Program-made: the position numbers and the translations under genes
The notes under the pieces: model-generated
The model's input: only the letters and a program-made list of their open reading frames with translations
The model's database searches: none
Told to the model about the DNA's origin: nothing
Part shown: one piece after another, positions 40,613 to 50,381 of the stretch
Layout: every line of letters begins with the position of its first letter
Position numbering within the stretch: the stretch's first letter is position 1
Source: Armatimonadota bacterium
GTDB taxonomy: Bacteria > Armatimonadota > Fimbriimonadia > Fimbriimonadales > GBS-DC
NCBI GenBank assembly: GCA_037445735.1
Contig: JBBIJY010000009.1
Location: 1-64,000 of the forward strand
Direction of reading: 5' to 3'
Length of the DNA stretch: 64,000 nt

Positions 40613-42664
40613 CTACGGCGAGCAGCCTAATCCAAAGTTGAACAATACAATCAACAGATCATCATCATTTACTTCTCCATTGCAGTCCACATCACCTGCG
40701 CCGGGTTTGAACTGGGAAGAATAATCATATGTGGTGCCAAAGTAGAAAAGCACTTGCAACAGGTCGTCGTCGTCCACGCAACAGTTGCCTAGCAAGTAGG
40801 GAGGAGTGTCGATATTGTATGGTGCGACATCACCGTCCCTCCAGCCTACACCGTTTGGACAAACACTGTCGGAACACGGGTCAATTTTGCACCCAACACG
40901 AACAGGATAGTCCAAGGTGCCAACTTCTACAGTGGCAGGACGCTCTGCAATCCGATCGCCCACCGGAGTAGCATAAACGGTAAAACTAGGCAAGTGGCCG
41001 GGATTATCTGTACAAACGATGCGCGGCTCAAAAGAAATATTACACCTCCTATTTGGCATATCCAGCATCGTCTGCCGATCCCACGGCCAGAAGCCAAGAG
41101 CAGGCAAATATACGTAGCCGTTTTGGCAGTTGCCTCCTATGGCAACATTGGTGTCGTCGCCAAAAACAATATAGCTACCCATCGTAGCAAACAGAAATGC
41201 CCTATCGCCCACATCCCAGCAGTCTGGTGAAAACATAGGATAACAAACCGCCTGGCACTTTATCGGCGTGATACCACTGTCATCTATGGAGTAGAGAAGG
41301 CCAGGATCTCCAATCCTCCACAACCATTGCCCACCAACTGGAACACGAGCATAGGTATCGCTTGGACCAAATGGTCCAGTCGATGCCCATAGCGGATTGC
41401 CATTGGTTGCATCCACATAGGTCAGGAAGGGTGTCTGGTAGCCCCAGGCGGTCAGCAGACGCAGCCCGCTGCTATTGCTGTCATCCACAGCCACAAAAAA
41501 TGCGCCTGCATACTGTGGATCGGAATAAGAACCATCTCTGTTCAGGAGGCGGTACATGCGTGCCCAGCGTACCCGACCATCTAACCTAAAGCGTACTAAC
41601 ACGGGGTTTCCAATCGGTCGTGATTCGTTCAGGCGTATGTTTGTGAAGAGGATGGCATACTCATCGGGTGCGCCATCAACGGGCGGCAGGGCAGCAATTG
41701 GACCCACATTCGCGCTTCCACCACCGCCTCCAAACACTCCAAGCGGGATCTCACCAGCCGAGACCCCACATATGGGTCGCGCGGGCACAACTTCATCTTC
41801 TATGAACGCGCTCAACTCCCACGCGCCTATCAGGTTGCCATCCCCATCAAGAGCAACAAAGCGCGGCCGTGTGTAAAAGAGATTTCCTTGACCCCACACC
41901 AGTATAGACGAGATGTATCTATCCCGACGAACCACACTGAGTGGCAATATCGCTGGCTGCTGCACGAACGCCCACGCACCAAACACAGGGTGATCAGCAC
42001 TGTCTGTATAGGCAAAATATTTGGCTTGGATCTGACCTGCTAACACCTGTGGACTCATCGTGTAAAACCTGTCGGGCAAGATGATGAGGAAACTACTGTG
42101 CGCGAACAGATACCATTTAGCAGGAATGATCCCGCCACTCCATATTCTCGGCGGCTGGTATACCAGCTGCGCTCGCAACGGATAGGATGGCGTTAGCGAA
42201 CCACTCACGCGAGGACGAAAGGTCAGCACATTTCGGATAGTCAACCGAAGCGGCAAGCCACCGTAGCTGAAGTAAACAATGTGAATCGGAGCATAGCGCG
42301 GGTCGCGATGTACAGGGTCGTTCGGATCCTCGAAGCGTGTCCCTGAAGGATAATTCAGGTTCACAAACACCGCTAAGAACTCGTCCTCACCAGTTTCACG
42401 CGACACACCCAGATAGTGCAGATCAGTGATGTCAAGCATGTGATTGTTGTACCACATCTCCGGGTCACTGAAGATGAAGCCATAGTCGCCTGGTAAAGGT
42501 GCAGGGAGCTGGGCATAGAGACACGCAGCAAGAAGAGCAAGGACAGTACCAAGCAGCCACTTGGGGTTACCCCTTGCCCTAAACGATGCACTTGGTCGCC
42601 AAATTCGATTCTCCATCCCTTCAGCAGCTACCTGTCGCTCTGCCATCATCACACGCCGTTTCAT
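40613..42664 (-). CDS. Secreted hypothetical protein with C-terminal dockerin-like domain
   Basis: GAGGAGG RBS before ATG 42664; hydrophobic signal; C-terminal CVDDDDLL..GDVDCNGEVNDDDLLIVLFNFGLGC. Confidence 0.75.
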   Translation of the reverse strand: MKRRVMMAERQVAAEGMENRIWRPSASFRARGNPKWLLGTVLALLAACLYAQLPAPLPGDYGFIFSDPEMWYNNHMLDITDLHYLGVSRETGEDEFLAVFVNLNYPSGTRFEDPNDPVHRDPRYAPIHIVYFSYGGLPLRLTIRNVLTFRPRVSGSLTPSYPLRAQLVYQPPRIWSGGIIPAKWYLFAHSSFLIILPDRFYTMSPQVLAGQIQAKYFAYTDSADHPVFGAWAFVQQPAILPLSVVRRDRYISSILVWGQGNLFYTRPRFVALDGDGNLIGAWELSAFIEDEVVPARPICGVSAGEIPLGVFGGGGGSANVGPIAALPPVDGAPDEYAILFTNIRLNESRPIGNPVLVRFRLDGRVRWARMYRLLNRDGSYSDPQYAGAFFVAVDDSNSSGLRLLTAWGYQTPFLTYVDATNGNPLWASTGPFGPSDTYARVPVGGQWLWRIGDPGLLYSIDDSGITPIKCQAVCYPMFSPDCWDVGDRAFLFATMGSYIVFGDDTNVAIGGNCQNGYVYLPALGFWPWDRQTMLDMPNRRCNISFEPRIVCTDNPGHLPSFTVYATPVGDRIAERPATVEVGTLDYPVRVGCKIDPCSDSVCPNGVGWRDGDVAPYNIDTPPYLLGNCCVDDDDLLQVLFYFGTTYDYSSQFKPGAGDVDCNGEVNDDDLLIVLFNFGLGCSP

Positions 42665-42893
42665 GTCCTTTACCTCCTCAATCACGATTATGCACGATAT
42701 CGATCCGCACATCGTTGCGAAATCGTTTCATAAATTACAATATTATCACTATATAGAGCAATACGGGATTAAATCCGTCGGCAGGAATCCATCTCCAACT
42801 GGCGAATTCCTTATGAAGCGTGGGCAGCGAGTAGGGTGCAGTGACTGCGCCCGTACTCCAGATTATCTCCCACGCTCAGTAAGGAGGGATAGA

Positions 42894-44126
42894 ATGATGC
42901 GACTGATACAGAGCAGTCCGAACGAGCGAGTGCGGATGGCAATCATCGGCTGTGGCGGCATCGGACGCCACCACTATCGCGTGTTCACCACACACGGCGG
43001 CACAATGTGCGAGTTCGTCGCGGTGGCAGACCCCCACCGCAAGCAGATCGCCGAGTTCCTGCAGATGGCGCAACGCCCGCTGGACACCTACACCGACTAT
43101 CGCCGCATTCTGGAGCGCAAGGATGTGGACGCAGTGGTTGTCGCCACGCCCGACCACTGGCACGCGCGCATCACCATCGATGCGTGCGAAGCGGGCAAGC
43201 ATGTCTATGTGGAGAAGCCCACCTCGCATAATGTGGTGGAGGGGCTGGCGATGGTGCATGCCGCCCGCGAACACAAGCGCGTGGTGATGGTCGGCTTGCA
43301 ACAGCGCAGCGGCGAGCATTTCAAGGAAGCGGTCGAAATTGTGCGGTCGGGCAAACTGGGCAAAATCACGATGGTGCATTGCTGGAACATGGACAACGAG
43401 TCGCCCGACGGCATCGGCAACCCGCCCGATGGCGACCCGCCGCCCGAACTGGACTGGGATATGTGGCTGGGTCCCGCGCCCAAACGACCCTACAATCCGA
43501 ACCGATGCCTTTTTAATTTCCGCTGGTTCTGGGACTACGCTGGCGGCAAGGTGACGGACTGGGGCGTGCATCTGATCGATATCGCGGTGTGGGCGATGGG
43601 CGATCACAACCCCATCGAGGTGTCGGCGTCGGGCGGCAAGTTCGCCCTGCGCGACAATCGGGAGACGCCCGACACGGTGGAGTGCCTGTTCCGCTTCAAG
43701 GACTGGCTGCTGGTCTACTCTCATCGGGCGGCGAACGCTTTTCCTGCCAACGGGCGCGGCTACGGCACGATGTTCTTCGGCACGAACGGCAGCCTTTTTG
43801 TGGATCGGGGCGGGCTGCAGGTTCATCCCGAAGGGGAGCGCATCCCTGCCTATCAGCGGGGCGGCTCGCCGCAGAGCGAACCGCACGCGGTGAACTTCCT
43901 GCGGGCGATCCGCGAGGGCGTGCCGCTGGCGTGCGATATTCTCACTGGCGTGCGCTCCACCATCGTGCCGCTGCTGGGCAACATCGCCTACCGCACGGGA
44001 CGCACCATTCGGTGGGACGCGCAACGGGCGCAAATTATCGGCGACAGGGAGGCGAACGCGCTCCTTGCGCGCAACTGGCGGGCGCCGTGGGGCATCCCGA
44101 AACGCTATATCAAGCCCATCGGCTGA
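42894..44126 (+). CDS. Gfo/Idh/MocA oxidoreductase
   Basis: IIGCGGIG, ATPDHWH, VEKP, DWGVH; AAGGAGG RBS before 42894. Confidence 0.92.
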   Translation: MMRLIQSSPNERVRMAIIGCGGIGRHHYRVFTTHGGTMCEFVAVADPHRKQIAEFLQMAQRPLDTYTDYRRILERKDVDAVVVATPDHWHARITIDACEAGKHVYVEKPTSHNVVEGLAMVHAAREHKRVVMVGLQQRSGEHFKEAVEIVRSGKLGKITMVHCWNMDNESPDGIGNPPDGDPPPELDWDMWLGPAPKRPYNPNRCLFNFRWFWDYAGGKVTDWGVHLIDIAVWAMGDHNPIEVSASGGKFALRDNRETPDTVECLFRFKDWLLVYSHRAANAFPANGRGYGTMFFGTNGSLFVDRGGLQVHPEGERIPAYQRGGSPQSEPHAVNFLRAIREGVPLACDILTGVRSTIVPLLGNIAYRTGRTIRWDAQRAQIIGDREANALLARNWRAPWGIPKRYIKPIG

Positions 44127-44135
44127 GGCTCACAC

Positions 44136-44158
44136 TGTCGCATGGGCATCCTGCCCAT
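44136..44158. repeat. REP-like hairpin (atgggcatcctgcccat) between convergent genes
   Basis: Short palindrome; single copy in the window. Confidence 0.45.
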
Positions 44159-44185
44159 AGCAAGCCCCCGAAAATCGGGCGAGGT

Positions 44186-45094
44186 TCACGCGCGCGGATG
44201 GGCGCGCTTGTAAACCTCCTTGAGGCGTTCAAGGTCGACCTGCGTATAGATTTGCGTGGTGGCGATGTCGCTGTGTCCGAGCAGCTCCTGCACGGTGCGC
44301 AAGTCGGCGCCGCCGCTGAGCAGATGTACGGCGAACGAGTGGCGCAGGGTGTGGGGCGAGATGTTTTTGGTGATGCCCGCACTGGCAGCGTAGAGCTTGA
44401 CCTTGTTCCAGAAGGCGATTCGGCTCAGTTTGCCACCGCGCTCGTTGAGGAACACGCAGTCGGTTCCGTGCGGGCGGCGGTCGGGTTTGAGCAGTTTGGG
44501 TCGCGCTTCGCTGAGGTAGCGCTGGAGCCAGCCGGTGGCGTTCTCGGTGAGGGGCACGAGCCGCTCGCGCGACCGCTTGCCCTGCACGCGCAGCAGGCGG
44601 TCCGTTAGATTCAGATGCTCCATGCGCAGGTTCAGCAGTTCCGACACGCGCAGCCCTGTGGCGTACATCAGTTCCAGCATGGCGCGGTCGCGGATGCCGA
44701 GCGGGCTATCGAGCGGGGGCTGAAGCATCAGGCGGCGGATTTCGCCTGGCGTGAGCGTGCTGGGCAGGGCGCGACGGGGCTTGACAGCGGTGAGCGCTTC
44801 GGGTGGCTCGTCGGTCAGCAGCCCGCGCCGATGGAGATAGCGCAGGAACGCGCGCGTCGCGCTCAGCTTGCGAGCAATGCTCGATTCGCTCATCGAACGG
44901 CGGCGCAGATAATAGAGGAAACCCTCCCAGAGGCTGGCGTCCCATTCGGCAGGCTCCAGCCGATCGGCGCGAACGAGATAATCGACAAACTGCGCCAGAT
45001 CGGTGGCGTAGGCGTTCAGGGTGTGCGGCGAGAGTTGCCGCTCCCGCCGCAGATAGTCCAGAAAGCTGTCGACCCACTGCTCCCAGAGTGTCAT
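44186..45094 (-). CDS. xerD: Site-specific tyrosine recombinase, XerD-like
   Basis: RDRAMLELMYATGLRVSEL, SPHTLRHSFA, QELLGH, TTQIY, HPRA; RBS before ATG 45094. Confidence 0.9.
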   Translation of the reverse strand: MTLWEQWVDSFLDYLRRERQLSPHTLNAYATDLAQFVDYLVRADRLEPAEWDASLWEGFLYYLRRRSMSESSIARKLSATRAFLRYLHRRGLLTDEPPEALTAVKPRRALPSTLTPGEIRRLMLQPPLDSPLGIRDRAMLELMYATGLRVSELLNLRMEHLNLTDRLLRVQGKRSRERLVPLTENATGWLQRYLSEARPKLLKPDRRPHGTDCVFLNERGGKLSRIAFWNKVKLYAASAGITKNISPHTLRHSFAVHLLSGGADLRTVQELLGHSDIATTQIYTQVDLERLKEVYKRAHPRA

Positions 45095-45298
45095 CCCTCC
45101 CAGGTAGGCTACCAGCCAACCCCTGTAGCGGGCAGGCGTGAACACCCACCCACGCAGAGGCATCTCCCTGAACCCCAGTCGAACCCCTCACCCGATTGCA
45201 GGGTTCACACGCTCCTTTGCCCCTTTGGCGTTTATACTATACTTCAGCGATGACGGTGAAGTCAAGGGATGTCCAAAGATGTCCAGAGAGAAGGCAAA

Positions 45299-45563
45299 CC
45301 CCTCACCCCAGCCCTCTCCCCCGCTGGGGGAGAGGGAGCATCCGAACCCCTCTCCCCCGCCTGCGGAGAGGGAGCATCCGAACCCCTCTCCCCCGCGTGC
45401 GGGGGAGAGGGTACGGGTGAGGGGGCTATATCCTGCACGCCTGCAAGAAACCCCTCACCCCAGCCCTCTCCCCAGAGGGAAAGCTAACCCCTCACCCCTA
45501 CCCTCTCCCCTGTGGGGAGAGGGAGAAATAACTCCCTCACCCCAGAGGGGAGAGGGAGTTATT
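45299..45563. repeat. Large intergenic cluster of repeat family A units (about 6) downstream of mfd
   Basis: Tandem and inverted CCCTCACCC/CCCTCTCCC..GGGAGAGGG units, including a duplicated ggagagggagcatccgaacccctctcccccgc. Confidence 0.92.
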
Positions 45564-48500
45564 CGCCTTTTTCCCCCGCCTGGAGCGATTGGAGCGCTGT
45601 CAGCACGGTCAGGAGCGTCTCCAGCGGCTGGGCGGTGAGAGGCAGGCTCATCTTTTCGGGGCGCGTGCGGATAAAGGCAAACTGCCGCTGCAACGCCGTC
45701 TGCCAGCGCGCTTTCAGCCGCCGTTCAGGCTTGAAATCAACTATCAGCCGATTGCCCTCTGCCTGCAGGCTGGCGGCGCCCACCGCATGCGCCAGAATGC
45801 GCACCTCCATTATGCGCAACAGGTTGCGCACGGTCGGCGGCAACTGCCCGTAGCGGTCGCGCAGCTCGCGCACGAGGTCTTTCAGCTCCTCGCGTGTGCG
45901 GCTGCCCGCGATGCGCTTGTAGTAGCCCAGCCGTTGCGCCACATCGGGGATGTAGTCGGCGGGGATGTAGGCGTCCACTGGCAGCTGGGCAGGCGGCAGC
46001 TCCTCCTGCAGGGGCGTATCCAGCGACCAGTGCGTCTCCCCGTTGCGCAGGTGGCGGATGGCGTCGCGCAACATTGCCTGATAGAGTTCGAAGCCGACCA
46101 TACGCATCGCGCCATGCTGTTCCTCACCCAGCAGGTTGCCCGCGCCGCGGATTTCGAGATCGCGCATCGCCAGCGCGAAGCCCGAACCCAGGTGGGAGAA
46201 CTCCCTGAGCGCCTGCAGACGCTCCTCTGCCTTCTCGCTGAGCTTGCCCGCTTTGAACAGGAAATAGGCGTACGCCTGGCGGTCGCTGCGCCCGACGCGC
46301 CCGCGCAACTGATAGAGCTGCGCCAGCCCGAACCGCTCCGCGCCCTCCACAATCAGCGTGTTCACATTCGGCATATCCAGCCCGTTCTCGATAATCGTCG
46401 TGCTGACCAGCACATCGTAGCGGTGCTGATAGAAGTCCAGCACCGTCGCCTCCATTCGGGCGGCAGGCATCTGCCCGTGCGCGACCGCGATTCGGGCGCC
46501 GGGCACCAGTCGCTGGAGCCGCTCCGCCACATGCTGGATGCCCTGCACGCGCGGCACCACATAGAACACCTGCCCGTCGCGCTGGAGTTCACGCAGAATC
46601 GCCTCGCGCACTGTCCACTCCGTGTAGGGCAGAACATAGGTGCGGATAGGGAGCCGCCCCGGCGGCGGGTCGGTGATGAGGCTCATATCGCGGATCTCGG
46701 TGAGCGCCATATAGAGCGTGCGCGGGATGGGCGTCGCGCTCATCGTCAGCACATCGACCGCGCCACGCAACTGCTTGAACCGCTCCTTCTGCATCACGCC
46801 GAACCGCTGCTCCTCATCGATAATCACCAGCCCCAGATTGTGAAACTGCACATCTTTAGAGAGCAGGCGGTGCGTGCCGATGACCATATCGACGGCGCCC
46901 GTCTTCAGCCCGTGCAGGATGCGCCGCTGCTCGGCAGGCGTGATGAGCCGGCTCAACAGCGCAACCTGGATGCCGAACGGTTCGAACCGCTCGGTGAAGG
47001 TCTGCCAGTGTTGATACGCCAGCACGGTGGTGGGGCACAGCAGGGCGACCTGCCGACCCGACATGATGGCTTTGAAGGCGGCTCGCAGGGCGACCTCCGT
47101 TTTGCCGAAGCCCACATCGCCCACCAGCAGCCGATCCATAGGATGGGACGATTCCAGATCGCGCTTAACCTCCTGAATCGCCTGCAGCTGGCTGGGCGTT
47201 TCGAGGTATGGGAAGCCCGCCTCCATCTCCTGCTGCCAGGGTGTGTCGGGGTCGCAGGGCGGGCGGGTCGCCTTCTCGCGCAGGGCATAGAGGCGCACCA
47301 GCTCCTGCGCCACCTCCTTCGCCCTGCGGCGTGCCTGCGCCACGCGGCGCGTCCACAGCGCACTGTTGAGCCGATGGATTTCGGGCGGCTTCTCATCGGG
47401 CGCAATATATTTCTGGATGCGGTCTAACTGGTCTGTCGGCACATAGATGCGGTCGGGGTGCGCGTATTCAATCAGCAGGTAATCGCGCCTGACCCCATCG
47501 CGCTCCAGCGTGGTCAGTCCGCGAAAGATGCCGATGCCGTGATAGAGATGTACCACATAGTCGCCGGGCTGGAGGTCCATAATGGAGGTGATGGGCACGC
47601 CCTCGTTGAATCGGCGGGGGGGCAGGCGCAGGCGATTGCGCTCGAACAGCTCCGCGTCGGTGATGAGCGCGAACCGCTGGCTGTCCCACACGAAGCCGCC
47701 GCCCAGATTGCCCCGCCAGAGCAGCAGCGGGCGCGACGCCGCATCGGTTTGGACTGCGGAAGCAGGGCTTCCGCACTCCATATCGGCGTCCGCGAAGGGT
47801 AGCTCCGCCTGGCGCAGGGCATGCTTCACCTGATTGGGGCGGTCGGTCGCGATAACAATCTGGTAGCCTGCTTCGTGCCAGCGGCGCAGGCAGTTCCAGA
47901 GGTCAGGCAGCCGCCCGCGTGTCGTCTCCAGCGAGCGTGTGCCAATCGGAACACCCCCCTCACCACTTAGCACCAGCGTGCGCGCATGCGAATCGAGCTT
48001 CTGAATCGGCTCCAGATAGGCGTCCGCCTGGAGCGGGATAATATCGCCGCGCGATGCACGCGATTCCAGCGCCTGCTGGAGGTCGTCCATCAGCCGCTCG
48101 TATGCCATCTGCAGGCGGAGCGGCTCCTCCAGAATCAGCACTGCATCGGCGGGCAGGTAGTCCAGCAGGCAGGCGCGTTCCGCCACCAGCCACGGCAGAT
48201 AGAGTTCCAGTCGGTCAAACGGCGCGCCCTGCGACAGGGGATGCAGGTCCGCCTCCAGATTTTCGCGCAGAACGGCTTGCAGCGCCTTCGGCTGGAGCGC
48301 GATCCGGGTTTCCCATTCGGCGCGGATGCGTTCGGCAAGCTCCGGATTGCCCATCGGCACCTCGCGGGCGGGCGGGATGCGCACCACGCGCAGGCTGGCG
48401 ACCGAGCGCTGCGTGGCGGGGTCAAAACGGCGGAGGCTGACAATCTCGTCGCCGAAGAACTCGATGCGCACAGGCGCGTTCGCACCCATCGGGAACACAT

Positions 48501-49227
48501 CCACAATTCCGCCCCGCCGCGCGAACTGACCTGGCAACCGCACTGGTTCCTGATGCTCATAACCGCTCACCATCAGCTGCTGGATGAGCGCGTCAGGGGA
48601 AATGAATGGCTGGGGCGTCCCGCCCCGCAATGCCCCCTCACCCGTACCCTCTCCCCCGCTGGGGGAGAGGGGTTCAGTTGCTCCCTCTCCCCTCTGGGGA
48701 GAGGGCTGGGGTGAGGGGTTTCCTGCAAGCCTGCGCCCCACAGCCCCCTCACCCGTACCCTCTCCCCCGCTGGGGGAGAGGGGTTCGGACGCTTCCTCGC
48801 CATCCTCAACGGTGGCGAGGGCTAACAGCAATTGTTCAAACATCGCGGGGGGCATCGTGCGTTGCAGGGCGGCGGCAAGCGGAGCAATCACGATGACCGA
48901 TTCGCCCCGATAGAGCGCCCGCAGCGCGCGCACCCGCTCATGCAGAACCTCCAGCTCCACTCCCGTCGGCTCCATCACGGGCGTCAACCCTGCTGGCACA
49001 CGCACCAGCCGCGATTCAGGGACGCCGAGCCGCAGCAGGATCGCCAGCCACTGCTCGGCGCGCTCCAGCGAAGGGGTCAGAATCAGCGCAGGGGCTTGCT
49101 GGTCAGCCATCAGCGCTGCTGTCAGCACAGGCGCCGACTCCGAACACACCTCGCGCCACACCAGCGGACGTCCCCCATCCCAGTCAGGCAATCCACCCCG
49201 CAACGCCTGTAGCCAGACGGGCAACAT
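45559..49227 (-). CDS. mfd: Transcription-repair coupling factor with two in-frame palindrome insertions
   Basis: [64 protein letters not shown]. Confidence 0.97.
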   Translation of the reverse strand: MLPVWLQALRGGLPDWDGGRPLVWREVCSESAPVLTAALMADQQAPALILTPSLERAEQWLAILLRLGVPESRLVRVPAGLTPVMEPTGVELEVLHERVRALRALYRGESVIVIAPLAAALQRTMPPAMFEQLLLALATVEDGEEASEPLSPSGGEGTGEGAVGRRLAGNPSPQPSPQRGEGATEPLSPSGGEGTGEGALRGGTPQPFISPDALIQQLMVSGYEHQEPVRLPGQFARRGGIVDVFPMGANAPVRIEFFGDEIVSLRRFDPATQRSVASLRVVRIPPAREVPMGNPELAERIRAEWETRIALQPKALQAVLRENLEADLHPLSQGAPFDRLELYLPWLVAERACLLDYLPADAVLILEEPLRLQMAYERLMDDLQQALESRASRGDIIPLQADAYLEPIQKLDSHARTLVLSGEGGVPIGTRSLETTRGRLPDLWNCLRRWHEAGYQIVIATDRPNQVKHALRQAELPFADADMECGSPASAVQTDAASRPLLLWRGNLGGGFVWDSQRFALITDAELFERNRLRLPPRRFNEGVPITSIMDLQPGDYVVHLYHGIGIFRGLTTLERDGVRRDYLLIEYAHPDRIYVPTDQLDRIQKYIAPDEKPPEIHRLNSALWTRRVAQARRRAKEVAQELVRLYALREKATRPPCDPDTPWQQEMEAGFPYLETPSQLQAIQEVKRDLESSHPMDRLLVGDVGFGKTEVALRAAFKAIMSGRQVALLCPTTVLAYQHWQTFTERFEPFGIQVALLSRLITPAEQRRILHGLKTGAVDMVIGTHRLLSKDVQFHNLGLVIIDEEQRFGVMQKERFKQLRGAVDVLTMSATPIPRTLYMALTEIRDMSLITDPPPGRLPIRTYVLPYTEWTVREAILRELQRDGQVFYVVPRVQGIQHVAERLQRLVPGARIAVAHGQMPAARMEATVLDFYQHRYDVLVSTTIIENGLDMPNVNTLIVEGAERFGLAQLYQLRGRVGRSDRQAYAYFLFKAGKLSEKAEERLQALREFSHLGSGFALAMRDLEIRGAGNLLGEEQHGAMRMVGFELYQAMLRDAIRHLRNGETHWSLDTPLQEELPPAQLPVDAYIPADYIPDVAQRLGYYKRIAGSRTREELKDLVRELRDRYGQLPPTVRNLLRIMEVRILAHAVGAASLQAEGNRLIVDFKPERRLKARWQTALQRQFAFIRTRPEKMSLPLTAQPLETLLTVLTALQSLQAGEKGE
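47750..47780. repeat. Repeat family B copy inside mfd
   Basis: tggactgcggaagcagggcttccgcactcca; encodes [11 protein letters not shown]. Confidence 0.88.
48632..48786. repeat. Repeat family A cluster inside mfd
   Basis: Perfect 44-bp direct repeats 48632-48675 and 48743-48786 around an inverted unit. Confidence 0.95.
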
Positions 49228-49409
49228 GCAACTTTAGAGTGTACCTCAGAAACTGTCCAGTAGTTCGCCCACCGAGCGAGGCGACGGGATTTTCAAACAC
49301 CCTCGCCTCCCGGTGAGCAGGAGAGCGATTGTTCAACTGACCTTTCAGTCGATTCCGGGCAGGAGAAGAGAGCGGAGGAGCGAATCATGAGCGACGGAGG
49401 TGAGCAACG

Positions 49410-49814
49410 ATGGGATTTCCATACAAGGACACGGAGCAGGCGAAGGCGTTCGTGCTGGGATTCATTGAGCGACTGCGCGAGGTGGATGTGATCCGGGAGG
49501 GCTGGCAAAAGCTCGATATGCTGATCGCGATTCACATCCGCCAGCCCGATATCGACTTCTGGATCGACACGCGCGGGGGCAAGCTCGAACTCTGCACCGA
49601 AAAGCCTGAAGGCGAAGAGGAAGCCGCGTTGACCCTGACCGCCGACCTGTTCCACAAACTCTACACGGGTCAGGAGAACGCGATGATGGCGTTCACACAG
49701 CGCAAGATTCAGCCCAGAGGGCGCGTGAGCGGCATCATGCAGCTGACCAGCACCATGCCGCAGGCGGTGGCGGTCTATCGGGAGTACCTCAAGGAGCGCG
49801 GGCTGGAACCCTAA
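49410..49814 (+). CDS. SCP2 sterol-carrier-like domain protein
   Basis: LTLTADLFHKL..G..N.M.AF...KI...G pattern. Confidence 0.7.
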   Translation: MGFPYKDTEQAKAFVLGFIERLREVDVIREGWQKLDMLIAIHIRQPDIDFWIDTRGGKLELCTEKPEGEEEAALTLTADLFHKLYTGQENAMMAFTQRKIQPRGRVSGIMQLTSTMPQAVAVYREYLKERGLEP

Positions 49815-49821
49815 AAAAAGA

Positions 49822-49898
49822 TGGTAGCCCCAGGGGGATTCGAACCCCCGTCCTCCTGGCTGAGAACCAGGCGTCCTAGACCGCTAGACCATGGGGCC
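49822..49898 (-). tRNA. tRNA-Glu (anticodon CTC)
   Basis: GGCCCCA..CCTGG-TTCTCAG-CCAGG..GGTTCGAATCC..TGGGGCTACCA; encoded CCA. Confidence 0.95.
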
Positions 49899-49949
49899 AC
49901 CCGCCGTTCTGCATGATACCCACTTGATGACGGGAAAGTCAAGAGGAGA

Positions 49950-50082
49950 GGATGCCCCTCACCCGTACCCTCGCCCCCGCTGGGGGAGAGAGAGAGTTAT
50001 TAGCCCCTCTCCCCCGCCTGCGGGGGAGAGGGTATGGGTGAGGGGGCTTCACACAGACGGATATGATGCCAGCGATTTTTCG
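49950..50082. repeat. Family A doublet, homologous to 63002-63131
   Basis: Shared ggatgcccctcaccc..gggtgagggggcttcacacag..atatgatg..gcga..ttttcg. Confidence 0.85.
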
Positions 50083-50220
50083 GATGGAGCGGAGCCATTG
50101 CAAAAAGATGGGTGTTCCACACTCACGCGCTTAAAGGCTCCTCCGGCAAGCACCGGGCGCAGGTAAAGGGTACCGCGCCCCACCGCTACCCCGTAAAAAT
50201 ACGGGTTTTTTGTGTTTCCC

Positions 50221-50250
50221 TTGACAGAACCGCGCATGTTGGGCTATAAT
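50221..50250 (+). promoter_or_regulatory. Consensus sigma70 promoter of the PEP-CTERM gene
   Basis: TTGACA-N18-TATAAT. Confidence 0.8.
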
Positions 50251-50381
50251 AGCGGTACAGGTACGCGCCCTGTTCTGATTCGGGCGGCTCCGAGGCACTG
50301 ATTACATCCTAGCTCCAGACAAAATCCTTCAGCCCGAAGCCGAGAGAAGGGTGTCGTCCTGAAAAAAACCATCGAAAGGAG

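Noticed and set aside
42561-42893. N-terminal extensions in the ORF track (Gfo/Idh/MocA, ssb, ileS, pyrR, xerD, trxA, flippase)
   Set aside because: Downstream starts have an RBS or family-consistent N-termini; most extensions overlap other genes or promoter regions.
44186-45094. Tyrosine recombinase as a prophage or island integrase
   Set aside because: Size and motifs fit chromosomal XerD; no phage genes or att repeats were seen.
45299-45563. Repeat cluster as a CRISPR array
   Set aside because: Units alternate in orientation, vary in length and lack unique regular spacers; no cas genes are present.
45138-45638. ORFs 45138-45638, 45196-45420, 45269-45487 (also 49891-50166, 62684-63115)
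   Set aside because: They are translations of the repeat with no independent coding signal.
48632-48786. Mfd insertion as an intein or intron
   Set aside because: Too short, no intein C/S..HN termini, and fully explained by the DNA palindrome family.
49822-49898. tRNA-Glu as an integration site
   Set aside because: No duplicated tRNA 3' end or integrase was found nearby.
50090-50215. Cyclic-di-GMP or other known riboswitch
   Set aside because: Consensus elements could not be matched by eye, and the region lies upstream of the promoter rather than in the leader.
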